A DNA stretch of 64,000 bases, taken from the IMG/VR virus record IMGVR_UViG_3300002641_000714. One strand, 5' to 3'. The first letter of the stretch is position 1. Every line of letters starts with the position of its first letter. The DNA is from a virus. Its lineage: Duplodnaviria; Heunggongvirae; Uroviricota; Caudoviricetes. Position numbers and translations under genes: made by a program. The notes below the pieces were generated by a model that saw only the letters and a program-made list of their open reading frames with translations, did not search any database and was not told where the DNA came from. Positions 19,474-29,022 of the stretch are shown here, piece by piece.

Positions 19474-19730
19474 AATCCATGTACTTTAATATGCATATTC
19501 AAACATTTTTCTATTCCGGATTCATATAATTGATTTTGATTTCCATATTCATTTTTCCCATTAATTTCCAAAATGATTCTATATAAAATATATCCATCCT
19601 GTTTAACTTCATCCCATACATAATCAGAATCAACTAAATAATCATAACCACAAATAGAACCTTTATGAGTTTCATATTTATTAGAGATAATATCTCCCCT
19701 TTTCAGCGTTTTAAATTCTTCTTTTGTCAT
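19470..19730 (-). CDS. Hypothetical protein
   Basis: 86-aa ORF with a TGA stop. Confidence 0.5.
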   Translation of the reverse strand: MTKEEFKTLKRGDIISNKYETHKGSICGYDYLVDSDYVWDEVKQDGYILYRIILEINGKNEYGNQNQLYESGIEKCLNMHIKVHGL

Positions 19731-19884
19731 GGTTTAATCATCATTTGAACGTTGTGTACCAAAATAATTTAATTTTTCTTTAAATTTTTGATTCCAATTA
19801 ATAGACATATCAAATTTACTGTTTATTATTTCATTAAGAATTTCTTTAAATGCAAACTCTGCATCAATTTGTTCTACTTTCATA

Positions 19885-21873
19885 TTAATTGAATTTTTGA
19901 AGTTTGTTTAAAATTTGTTTATATGCCAATGCATCATTAGATGTAATAGGACGTTTAACCTTATTTTTAAGTTTCCACCATTTAATGGTTTCTTTAATAA
20001 GCTCGTCACTTACATTAGGAACTTGTCCCTTTAATAATAGTATAAAAGATTCCTCTTGTTTCATTTCTTCCAATAATTGTTTATGAACATTTTCCAACAT
20101 TGGCATAATGCTTAGATAATCTGCGCGATTAATTCGATTATTAAGATAATATTCTACAGTTTCAATATCTAATGCATCATAATTAAGAACTTCACGCGCA
20201 TCAGTATAAACCTTAAATGATATACGGTTTTTTCTATCTGGATCATAATGCCATGTTTTATCTGGCATATATTTAATTACAAAATCACCATGAGAATTTT
20301 TCTCGATTGTATATAAACCGGTTTCTGGAACATTCGGAAGCCCCCATGTGTCATCTTTATCACGGTTCCAAGAATAATATCTTTCATCAAAACGATCTTG
20401 AACACCCATTACATAATTTTGTAAAAATAATATGCGAGAACCAACTTTAATGTCTTTATTAATTTCTGTTACGAAATGCCAATAATCAGGATGCCCATCA
20501 CTAACACGTTTATATTCGGCATCATACACAAATTCAACATATGGAGATTCTAATCCTTCTTTGAATAGGTTAACCGGATTATGCGGAGCCAAAACATCTG
20601 AACGATCAAGCAAACCCTGAAGTAAACAGAAATTAAATTTATATCTGTCTATAAAATCTTCAATTTGTTCTTGTTTATTTTTTCTTATATAGTGTATGCC
20701 TTCCTTCTCCAATTCATCTACAAGTTTTTGAAGCTCATCTTGCTTTGGAAACAAATATGGATGGATAATTAAATCTGCCCAAATTCGATATACGTTATCG
20801 CCATTTCTAACAATAATATATGTTTTTACATCATTCTCGTCTAATTCATTTATTAAATATGGATTATAAACATAATGATGCCCATATTTAATTTCACCAC
20901 CTTGTTTTCCATTTCTGCGAACACGGAATACGCGAACACCTTTCTTAGATACAAATAAATCAAGGTGGTTATTTCTGAGAAGCCATTCGTCAAATTGCTC
21001 AATTTTTGTAAAATCAAGACCACCATCTTTCCAATCACCAACCTCTTCATCCATATAAAGAACCTCTTGGAAGAATTGAATAGGTTCATCAATCGGTGCA
21101 GGCGTACCTTCTTGAATTTGAATAACATCTTCATTGACACCTGTATACAATTCAAGCTGACCAAGAACCCTGCGAATACGTGTCAACTTACGTTCAACAA
21201 CCATTATTGCATCTCTATATTTACGTTGTATTGCTTCAACTTTTTCACGTTGTTCAGCGATACACATTTTAACAATAGCGAGCTTTCGATCCATTTCCTC
21301 TTTAAGAGCAAGTGTGGTATTTTGCGCATTTAAATATGTTTGTTTTGATGCAGATATACTAACAAGTGCTGTACTTTCCTCGTTGGTGTCGTCATCACTT
21401 ATATTATCTGTTTGTAAAAACTCATCATCTTTACCATTAATTGCATCCATACCGCAATTTACATATGCAACTAATTCCTCTTTATTTTTAAAAACCAAAT
21501 AATTTCTTCCATAATCTGTGCCATTAATTGACAATGCTCTAACTTCGGTTCTTTCAGGATTATATCCACCAAAACCAACTTCATATTCTTTATCTATAAA
21601 TGGATCAAATCCTACAACCTTTACATTAAGGTGATATGTATCTAATTCAATTTCTTTACGTTCACCATTTTCAAATTCTAATTTGATGTCTTTTTCCGGT
21701 TCAATAGATACAATACGATAACAACGTGGATCATGCCAAGACATATCAACAATATAATTACCCGGCTGAATATCCTTCTGCCAGTCTTTTGGATGAGTTT
21801 CAAGAGCATTTGCAATCTGTGCATCTCTTGTAACTAATTCTTTACTTTGATATTTTTCAATATTGTTATCCAT
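19885..21873 (-). CDS. Large hypothetical protein (662 aa)
   Basis: Uninterrupted ORF with a TAA stop. No recognisable motif. Confidence 0.6.
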   Translation of the reverse strand: MDNNIEKYQSKELVTRDAQIANALETHPKDWQKDIQPGNYIVDMSWHDPRCYRIVSIEPEKDIKLEFENGERKEIELDTYHLNVKVVGFDPFIDKEYEVGFGGYNPERTEVRALSINGTDYGRNYLVFKNKEELVAYVNCGMDAINGKDDEFLQTDNISDDDTNEESTALVSISASKQTYLNAQNTTLALKEEMDRKLAIVKMCIAEQREKVEAIQRKYRDAIMVVERKLTRIRRVLGQLELYTGVNEDVIQIQEGTPAPIDEPIQFFQEVLYMDEEVGDWKDGGLDFTKIEQFDEWLLRNNHLDLFVSKKGVRVFRVRRNGKQGGEIKYGHHYVYNPYLINELDENDVKTYIIVRNGDNVYRIWADLIIHPYLFPKQDELQKLVDELEKEGIHYIRKNKQEQIEDFIDRYKFNFCLLQGLLDRSDVLAPHNPVNLFKEGLESPYVEFVYDAEYKRVSDGHPDYWHFVTEINKDIKVGSRILFLQNYVMGVQDRFDERYYSWNRDKDDTWGLPNVPETGLYTIEKNSHGDFVIKYMPDKTWHYDPDRKNRISFKVYTDAREVLNYDALDIETVEYYLNNRINRADYLSIMPMLENVHKQLLEEMKQEESFILLLKGQVPNVSDELIKETIKWWKLKNKVKRPITSNDALAYKQILNKLQKFN

Positions 21874-21886
21874 AAAATTATTTTAT

Positions 21887-21938
21887 TTTTAATTTCGATG
21901 CAAATTTAATACATTTTTCTTAAATTAAAAAATAGAAG
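21887..21938 (-). promoter_or_regulatory. Conserved early/middle promoter-like motif
   Basis: ttttaatttcgatgcaaatttaatacatttttcttaaattaaaaaatagaag. Confidence 0.55.
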
Positions 21939-21939
21939 C

Positions 21940-23046
21940 TTAATTAGTTTCCATTAAATATGCTTTAATAAATTCATCAATATTTCCATTCATAACAGAA
22001 TCTACATCAGAAGTTTGATAATTTGTTCGATGATCTTTTACACGTTTATCATCAAAAACATAACTTCTAATTTGTGCGCCCCAGCCAATTGGCATCTTTT
22101 TATTTTCTATTTCTGCTTGAACTTGACGACGTTTTTCAAGCTCTAATTCATATAATTGGCTGCGCAAATGTTGCATTGCAATTTCTCTGTTTTTCGGTTG
22201 GTCTCTTGATTCTGTACTTTCTGCTACCAATTCATCTTCCTGTCCGGTTAACGGATTAATAAACTTATAATGAAGTCTTACCCCAGATTCAACTTTATTT
22301 ACATTCTGCCCGCCTGCGCCAGAAGATCTAAATGTATCCATTGTAATATTTGCAGGATTAATATTAACTTCAATAGAGTCATCTACTAATGGACATACAA
22401 ATACACTTGCAAAACTTGTCATACGTTTTCCTTGTGCATTATATGGACTTACCCGCACTAATCTGTGTATACCTGTTTCTCCTTTAAGATGGCCATATGC
22501 AAAATCTCCATATACATTAAATGAAACAGTTTTAATTCCTGCAGTATCGCCTTTTTGATAGTTTGTTATTTCTCCTGTAAAATTGTGATTTGCAAAATAA
22601 GATAGATACATTCGCATTAACATTTCGGCCCAATCTTGTGCTTCAGTTCCACCTGCTCCAGCCACAATTTTTAAAACTGCAGGCATTTTATCCTCATCAT
22701 TATTTAGCATTGTTTGCATTTCATATTTAGAAATCGTTTCTAAACATGTATTATATAATGATTTGGACTCCTCTTGAGACAATTCTTCATCAGATAACAA
22801 TTCTAAATAAGTAATGTTATCATCAGTTAAATTAATATCATATAGCAAGTTAGATAAATTTTTCCAATCTTTCGAAATTTTTTCTGCCATTTTTGCATCA
22901 TTCCAAAAAGCTGGATCATGCATTCGCATATTCAACTCATTTTCTTGATTCTTTTTATCTTCAAAATGGATACAATTTTTTAAATATTCAAATCGCTTTC
23001 GAAGTTCTTTAACATTAATATTTGAATTTAACATTTTCATTCCCAT
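21940..23046 (-). CDS. prfB: Class-I peptide chain release factor, RF2-like
   Basis: Has the GGQ motif (SSGAGGQNVNKVESGVRL). The tripeptide anticodon region reads RLVRVSPYNAQGKRMTSF (SPF-like SPY, not the PxT of RF1). Continuous ORF with no +1 frameshift site. Confidence 0.8.
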   Translation of the reverse strand: MGMKMLNSNINVKELRKRFEYLKNCIHFEDKKNQENELNMRMHDPAFWNDAKMAEKISKDWKNLSNLLYDINLTDDNITYLELLSDEELSQEESKSLYNTCLETISKYEMQTMLNNDEDKMPAVLKIVAGAGGTEAQDWAEMLMRMYLSYFANHNFTGEITNYQKGDTAGIKTVSFNVYGDFAYGHLKGETGIHRLVRVSPYNAQGKRMTSFASVFVCPLVDDSIEVNINPANITMDTFRSSGAGGQNVNKVESGVRLHYKFINPLTGQEDELVAESTESRDQPKNREIAMQHLRSQLYELELEKRRQVQAEIENKKMPIGWGAQIRSYVFDDKRVKDHRTNYQTSDVDSVMNGNIDEFIKAYLMETN

Positions 23047-23339
23047 ATATCATTTTCTTCAACCCAATCTATTTTAACATTCGGACGTTCATTACTATTT
23101 ACACAATATTTCATATAATATTCATAATCAGAATGAACACCAAGTGATTTTATTTCTTCATCATTTGTCCAATCAATATCCTCTATAAGTCCATACATTA
23201 TAGTAATACGATTCTGCATATTTATGTAATTTATCCCAACAATATGTCCTGAATAATTACTATATTTTTGTGCTAATGGTTCCCAAATACGATAATTAAC
23301 ATGTTGGTTAAAATCATATTTATTATCTATTTGTATCAT
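23037..23339 (-). CDS. Hypothetical protein
   Basis: 100-aa ORF with a TGA stop. Confidence 0.5.
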   Translation of the reverse strand: MIQIDNKYDFNQHVNYRIWEPLAQKYSNYSGHIVGINYINMQNRITIMYGLIEDIDWTNDEEIKSLGVHSDYEYYMKYCVNSNERPNVKIDWVEENDIWE

Positions 23340-23350
23340 TTTATTTAATT

Positions 23351-23728
23351 TTATTTTTTATAGTTGTAAATATTTTCTTGCAAATATGCATTTAACAAAC
23401 ATTTAAAATGTGTTAATGCATTTTTATCTGCAATATTATTTTCTAAATGTTTAAAAAATTTGCAATTTAACTTTTCAATAAATGCATCCCTATAATAATG
23501 CCTAACATTTTTTGGAAGGCAATTATAATATATACCAGTTTCATGAATAATTCTAGAAAATACATTAATAAACCAATATTGCATATTATCATCTCCATTA
23601 GTAATAATATCTTCACAAACATCTACAATATTTTGTAAACCATTATGCTTTTCAGGAATTAGTGAATGCAGTTGATTAAATAATGATTGCATTGTTTTTT
23701 CACTGTAATGTTTAATATTTGTTTTCAT
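23351..23728 (-). CDS. Hypothetical protein
   Basis: 125-aa ORF with a TAA stop. Confidence 0.5.
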   Translation of the reverse strand: MKTNIKHYSEKTMQSLFNQLHSLIPEKHNGLQNIVDVCEDIITNGDDNMQYWFINVFSRIIHETGIYYNCLPKNVRHYYRDAFIEKLNCKFFKHLENNIADKNALTHFKCLLNAYLQENIYNYKK

Positions 23729-24123
23729 TTTTCTGTTGGATTTGTTTTAAAATAATTATCAAATTTTTCCTGTTCCCACCAATTGATATTATCAATTAGA
23801 CTTTTAATAGATTTTTCCATTGCTTTATAACTTCTAAATGGTTTTCTACTTCGTAACCAAAATAAATATGATGGATGTTTATCACTTCCATCTACAAGAA
23901 TTTCCCATTTTCCATCACTATAATTTCGATTTATACATCTAAAAAGTTTACCAAGCCTAATAAAATCATTACAAAAGAAAAATATCATATATCTTTCTTT
24001 TAAATGTCCGCAACAGCTTTCCAAAGTTTCAATACCATCTAAAGAATTAAGTTTTTCACATAATTCAATACATTCCTTATCCATATCTTCAATAGGAAGA
24101 TCTATCTTTTTTCCATTAATCAT
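23725..24123 (-). CDS. Hypothetical protein
   Basis: 132-aa ORF with a TGA stop. Confidence 0.5.
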   Translation of the reverse strand: MINGKKIDLPIEDMDKECIELCEKLNSLDGIETLESCCGHLKERYMIFFFCNDFIRLGKLFRCINRNYSDGKWEILVDGSDKHPSYLFWLRSRKPFRSYKAMEKSIKSLIDNINWWEQEKFDNYFKTNPTEK

Positions 24124-24125
24124 AA

Positions 24126-24593
24126 TTAATTGTAATTTTTTATAAAATATGTTGAATATACCGGGTATGGTTCCCCAAGCATTGCATTCATATAATCAAA
24201 TCTTCTATGATTCATTTCTGCTTCTTTCTTAAGATAATCAGTATAAGATATTTCTGGATGAATTTTGTTCCATTCTTCAATAAACTTATTATGAGAATCT
24301 TGATAAATCTTCGGAACTTGGATAGGTTCAAAGTATTTCCCATTAATTAACTTAATGAGATCTCTGAATTTATCAGTGAATTTGTATTTTTCATAAAATT
24401 CACCAGCCTTATCAACAAACTGTGCATATAAATCGGCAATGGTAATAATCTCTCGTAAATCATTTGTTCGTTTAATACCCATATCGCCAGTATAACTAAT
24501 ACCCCAAGTATCAATTAGCCAAATAACCTCAAAATCCTCACCAAATTGTATGGCAAGTTGACGAATTTCTTTAAGCATTTTGTTGTACGTCAT
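24126..24593 (-). CDS. Hypothetical protein
   Basis: 155-aa ORF with a TAA stop. Confidence 0.5.
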   Translation of the reverse strand: MTYNKMLKEIRQLAIQFGEDFEVIWLIDTWGISYTGDMGIKRTNDLREIITIADLYAQFVDKAGEFYEKYKFTDKFRDLIKLINGKYFEPIQVPKIYQDSHNKFIEEWNKIHPEISYTDYLKKEAEMNHRRFDYMNAMLGEPYPVYSTYFIKNYN

Positions 24594-24596
24594 AAT

Positions 24597-24893
24597 TTAC
24601 AATGTTTTAGTTAATACTCCATATTTTTCTGTTATAAGATTTCCATTTTTATCAATGGTTCCAGTTTTTTCTAAATCTCCACAATCTTCAATCAAGTTAT
24701 GTTTTTCATCAAACCACTGATTTGGTTTAATTTCATAGTTATTTAATTTTTTTATTTCTATATGCAAACATGCAGGATCATTTAAAAACCTCAATACTTG
24801 TTTTAATACTTCTAATTTCCCGTAAAGCACTCTTTTCATACTAGCATGATATGAGTGTAATTCCTGATAGTAATATTCATTTTCTTGTTTCAT
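24597..24893 (-). CDS. Hypothetical protein
   Basis: 98-aa ORF with a TAA stop. Confidence 0.5.
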   Translation of the reverse strand: MKQENEYYYQELHSYHASMKRVLYGKLEVLKQVLRFLNDPACLHIEIKKLNNYEIKPNQWFDEKHNLIEDCGDLEKTGTIDKNGNLITEKYGVLTKTL

Positions 24894-25471
24894 ATCTCAT
24901 TATTAAAATACCGCATTCTATTAAAATTAAAATAACCAATTATATTACTATGATTAATTACATCATTATTTAATATACCTATCCATTCATTTAATGGAAC
25001 ATTATTTACTAAAAAATTATGTAATTGTAAACTAAAGTATCTTCCATATTGGTTAATATCAATATCAATATCATCATAATCTGATTGTGCAAATGTTATT
25101 CCGTGTTGGTCTGCTTCACTTTCATTTGAAATAAACATTCCAGTAAAAAACCCATGCAAATGATGTGTTTCGGCAAAATCTGCTGCATAACACCATGAAC
25201 CAATAACATTCCGTGCATGAATTAAATGCACATTATTTTCATGAATAATGTATTGTCCTGAATTCAAATTTGGATGAAGTAATCCTTGTGTGGTTCCATG
25301 TCCACACATAATTAATGTATCATTTTCTGACATAATGGCCGCATCAACAATATCCTCATAATCTTCTGTGTCATGAGTTATTTCAATAATTCGATCAGGA
25401 TTCAAACCCTCCCATATTAATTGAAGAAGTTGAGTATCTTGATCGCCAAAATTTGAATAAATTATAGTCAT
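24890..25471 (-). CDS. Hypothetical protein (MCGHGT motif)
   Basis: 193-aa ORF with a TGA stop. Confidence 0.5.
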   Translation of the reverse strand: MTIIYSNFGDQDTQLLQLIWEGLNPDRIIEITHDTEDYEDIVDAAIMSENDTLIMCGHGTTQGLLHPNLNSGQYIIHENNVHLIHARNVIGSWCYAADFAETHHLHGFFTGMFISNESEADQHGITFAQSDYDDIDIDINQYGRYFSLQLHNFLVNNVPLNEWIGILNNDVINHSNIIGYFNFNRMRYFNNEI

Positions 25472-26109
25472 TTTTCTTCATTAGTTTCATTAAACATCGG
25501 AACTTTTGCTAATCTTTCTATCAACTCGTCTGGAATATCATGCCAGTCAAGCCAATCCCATTTTGCAATATAAAATACTGCACCATTTTCTGTCGGTTTC
25601 CAATATTCGTCAAAAATCCCATTCCAAACTTTACTGCGTTGTTTCCATTGTTGCCATGATAAATCTAGGTCAGGATCTCCAGAATCACCATACCAATAAT
25701 CATCAACAATAGTCATTATCAAATCTCTATTTTCTTGACAATGATCACATCCAAAATAATTTCCATATAAATTTCCATGATATGGATATATCATTACTTG
25801 TAATGAATAGTCTAAATCACCATTTAACCGAGCTTCATCATCTTTACGACTGCCTAAATACCGAATAATTTCAAACTTTGCTTTTAAAAGGTTTTGTTCA
25901 GACGGATCATTTTTATATGCAATAATATCTTCTTTAAGGTATTGATTCATTTTATGGTCAAGTCCCACAAGAAGACCGATATAATTACCATGCAACAATG
26001 AATTGGCCATATTTTTTAAGGCCTGCTTTCTAATAGATTTCAAAGAATCTACTGCCTTTTCAAAACTCTTTGTTCGGAATTTAATTCCTGTATATACATT
26101 AAAACTCAT
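25468..26109 (-). CDS. Hypothetical protein
   Basis: 213-aa ORF with a TGA stop. Confidence 0.5.
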   Translation of the reverse strand: MSFNVYTGIKFRTKSFEKAVDSLKSIRKQALKNMANSLLHGNYIGLLVGLDHKMNQYLKEDIIAYKNDPSEQNLLKAKFEIIRYLGSRKDDEARLNGDLDYSLQVMIYPYHGNLYGNYFGCDHCQENRDLIMTIVDDYWYGDSGDPDLDLSWQQWKQRSKVWNGIFDEYWKPTENGAVFYIAKWDWLDWHDIPDELIERLAKVPMFNETNEEK

Positions 26110-26124
26110 AATATACTATATTTT

Positions 26125-26400
26125 TTATTTTCTACAAATAAATTTAAAAATTTTTTCTTTACGTTCTTGACTTTTTCTATATTGTTCAGCACGTTCTTTA
26201 TTAATTTTATTATGTTTTTCAATTAATCTTTTTCTTTCCTCATCACTACAATGTATAGTTATTTTTCCAATAGGGCCACAATATTTCCAGCCTTGAATTT
26301 TATATTCTTCTTCATACCATATATGATCTTTAATAGTAGCAATACATAAAATAACAAAAGCTATAAATCCAAGTATTGCTATTAATTTTTGTATTATCAT
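26125..26400 (-). CDS. Small membrane protein
   Basis: N-terminal TM helix IIQKLIAILGFIAFVILCIATI. TAA stop. Confidence 0.5.
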   Translation of the reverse strand: MIIQKLIAILGFIAFVILCIATIKDHIWYEEEYKIQGWKYCGPIGKITIHCSDEERKRLIEKHNKINKERAEQYRKSQERKEKIFKFICRK

Positions 26401-26417
26401 ATTTTATAATTTTTTAT

Positions 26418-26468
26418 AATTTTTATGTTGCAAAAATAATACTTTTTATTTAAATTAAAAAATAGAAG
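26418..26468 (-). promoter_or_regulatory. Conserved early/middle promoter-like motif (variant)
   Basis: ttttatgttgcaaaaataatactttttatttaaattaaaaaatagaag. Confidence 0.5.
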
Positions 26469-26556
26469 TTTATTATTTTAATTATTATAATTTAAAATGG
26501 GAAAATGTTTCACAACATCTTCCCACCCAATATATAATTAAAAATAATATCATTTT

Positions 26557-27723
26557 TCACTTTTTGATATTCAAATCATGAAAACATTGTTGAATTTCTG
26601 TTTCATCTCCCATTACCTTTCCGGCATCATCGCTCACTTTAATGCAATGAACCCATGGACTATTTGCATTCATTCTGCATTGCATTAATTTCATTACAAT
26701 ATTCTGGCTTGGCGTATTCGTATCACATGTAAGGTTTGTTCCAATGCCAGCTGAACATTTAATTTTGCCTTTACAATAATCAGCAATCTCTTTATATTTC
26801 GGAAATGTCAATGCATTTGAAAATACAATAGTTTTATCTTTAGGATCAATTCCCTTAGCTTTGTATGCATCAATTACCATCTGTGTATATTCATATTCAT
26901 CTCCCGAATCATGACGAACACCATCAAATAATTTTGCATGTTTCATTGTAAATGTATCAAAGAATGCTTTAGAACCATATGTATCAGTTAATGCAATTCC
27001 AAGATTTCCATCATAAACAGAAACCCAGTCTTCATATGATTTATAATTCGCATTTCGATAACCAAATTGTGCTGCATGGAACATAATCCATTCATGTGCG
27101 ACAGTTCCAATAGGTTTCATACCATACTTCATTGCAAGATGAACATTGGATGTTCCTACACAATAAAGCGCATTTTCTTTAAGACGTTTTACTACAGCAT
27201 CTTGAACATTATAGCTAAAACGGCGGCGGGTACCAAACTCACTAAATACCAAGCTATACTCATTTGACAATGCAATCTTTGCATCAAGCCGTTTCAACAT
27301 ATCTGCCATATTAATTATATGAACACGATTTGATACTTCGGAAACAATAGCAAGACATGCAATTTCCCAAAAAGTCAGACGATATAATTTATCGGTTGCC
27401 TCGATATGAAGAATTTTATTATCATCAAGATATACCTTAACTTTACTTGCATCAAATCTAAAACCGCGAAGCCACTCCCAGTAAAATTCAGGAATATAAG
27501 GAATATGTTTTACGCACCAATTAAACTCATCTTCTGTTAAATACAAATCCTCAAGTTTTTTAATTTCATTAAGGATTTGTTCTACGTCAGATTGTGTCCG
27601 TTTAACTCGATTACGATCACAAAACTCAAATACTCCTTCAGCTTCAGGATAAAGCTTCATATATGCATAACTCATACTGAGTTTATACAAATCTGTATCT
27701 AAAATACTTTTAATTACTCCCAT
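26557..27723 (-). CDS. pncB: Nicotinate phosphoribosyltransferase
   Basis: ILDTDLYKLSM, FSEFGTRRRFS, GTSNVHLAMKYGMKPIGTVAHEW, LGIALTDTYG, RHDSGD and SAGIGTNLTCD all match E. coli PncB blocks. Confidence 0.85.
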   Translation of the reverse strand: MGVIKSILDTDLYKLSMSYAYMKLYPEAEGVFEFCDRNRVKRTQSDVEQILNEIKKLEDLYLTEDEFNWCVKHIPYIPEFYWEWLRGFRFDASKVKVYLDDNKILHIEATDKLYRLTFWEIACLAIVSEVSNRVHIINMADMLKRLDAKIALSNEYSLVFSEFGTRRRFSYNVQDAVVKRLKENALYCVGTSNVHLAMKYGMKPIGTVAHEWIMFHAAQFGYRNANYKSYEDWVSVYDGNLGIALTDTYGSKAFFDTFTMKHAKLFDGVRHDSGDEYEYTQMVIDAYKAKGIDPKDKTIVFSNALTFPKYKEIADYCKGKIKCSAGIGTNLTCDTNTPSQNIVMKLMQCRMNANSPWVHCIKVSDDAGKVMGDETEIQQCFHDLNIKK

Positions 27724-27731
27724 AAATCACT

Positions 27732-28415
27732 TTATTTAAATTGTTTTTCTTTTAATGCATTCAATTCATTTTCAACTTTTTTAAGTTGTATTTTTGCATT
27801 CTCAGCTTTACGTATAATTTTATTTAACTGCTTTATTTTATGTGTTAATTCACTAACACGATATTCATATATTTCAGTTTTTATTTTATTAATATACTTA
27901 TCAAACTCATCAAGTTTGTATCCAACAACCTGCATATTTACATTAATGCCCAAATCACATGAATGATCCAATACAATATCTTGAAAATACTTGAATTCCA
28001 TCCGTTCTATATAATCACTACCATATAGCCATTTATTTCCAAAATATTTTTCAGTATAATAATAGCCAACAAAAATTGGTTCTGTGCATTCAACATTTAT
28101 AAATTTATATGTTGTGTGCAATTTGTCAGCTTCATTATTGCTATTTTTATATATTGACCATATATCACTTGTTAGATTATTCTTAATAATATCTGCTGAA
28201 ATACCAGTAACAAGACTTACATATTTGCAAAATGCATTTACGTCATTTTCTCGTTCTTTAATATATAAATCTATATGTTTTTTACCACTAATAATAAATC
28301 CATGTCCACAAACAGGAGGCATGTAGTTATATATAAACTCTTTAATATATGGACATAAATCTTTTGGAGAAAATGCCGCAAAATTTTTAGGATCGACTTC
28401 AATTAAATTTTCCAT
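27732..28415 (-). CDS. Hypothetical protein with a C-terminal coiled coil
   Basis: 227-aa ORF with a TAA stop. Confidence 0.55.
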   Translation of the reverse strand: MENLIEVDPKNFAAFSPKDLCPYIKEFIYNYMPPVCGHGFIISGKKHIDLYIKERENDVNAFCKYVSLVTGISADIIKNNLTSDIWSIYKNSNNEADKLHTTYKFINVECTEPIFVGYYYTEKYFGNKWLYGSDYIERMEFKYFQDIVLDHSCDLGINVNMQVVGYKLDEFDKYINKIKTEIYEYRVSELTHKIKQLNKIIRKAENAKIQLKKVENELNALKEKQFK

Positions 28416-28458
28416 TATTAACTTTAATTTTTAAAATTTATAATGTTTACTAATGTTT

Positions 28459-28719
28459 TTAAATTAAACCAATATGAGTACCACAAACCAAACAATCCCT
28501 ACTATACCATCCGCAACCTGTTGGTGTATCAATAAAAATATGAAATTTACATTCGCCATTTTTATTATAATATTCCAAAGCTTCTTCAACTTCTTTTTGT
28601 GTTGCCTCACGTACAGTAGAACCGCCACATTGGCAATGCACATACGTATCATTTTCAGAACACCGCGCTGAAATAATTTGTTTAGTTCTATTTGATATTT
28701 CTACAAATCCTTTTAACAT
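28459..28719 (-). CDS. Small Cys-rich protein
   Basis: 86 aa with multiple Cys pairs (CQCGG, CLVCG). TAA stop. Confidence 0.45.
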   Translation of the reverse strand: MLKGFVEISNRTKQIISARCSENDTYVHCQCGGSTVREATQKEVEEALEYYNKNGECKFHIFIDTPTGCGWYSRDCLVCGTHIGLI

Positions 28720-28742
28720 AATATTAATTTTTACTTAAAAAT

Positions 28743-29018
28743 CTACACATAAATGACTTTGTATATTGTATGCCAAGTTTTTCTTCGTGTCAATACATAA
28801 TATTTACGACGTTCTTTAACATAATAACAATCCTTAATATAATGTGCATCACCATCATTAATAACAGTGGTTTTTCCATTAACCCGAATCATTTCACCTG
28901 GCAATGGCACACGAGTTGCATATGTATGCCACTTTAGCTCTTTGTTAAAAAACTTTGCAATTTCTTTTGCAGTCATTACATACTTTGTAATTTTTACAGG
29001 AATAACTTCATAACCCAT
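28743..29018 (-). CDS. Hypothetical protein
   Basis: Internal start MGYEVIP avoids overlap with the cca gene. The stop is TAG, with 3 further codons to a TAA. Confidence 0.4.
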   Translation of the reverse strand: MGYEVIPVKITKYVMTAKEIAKFFNKELKWHTYATRVPLPGEMIRVNGKTTVINDGDAHYIKDCYYVKERRKYYVLTRRKTWHTIYKVIYV

Positions 29019-29022
29019 ACTT

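Noticed and set aside
21940-23046. Programmed +1 frameshift in the RF2 homolog
   Set aside because: The N-terminal region is a single continuous frame from its ATG, so there is no bacterial prfB-type CUU UGA C shift site.
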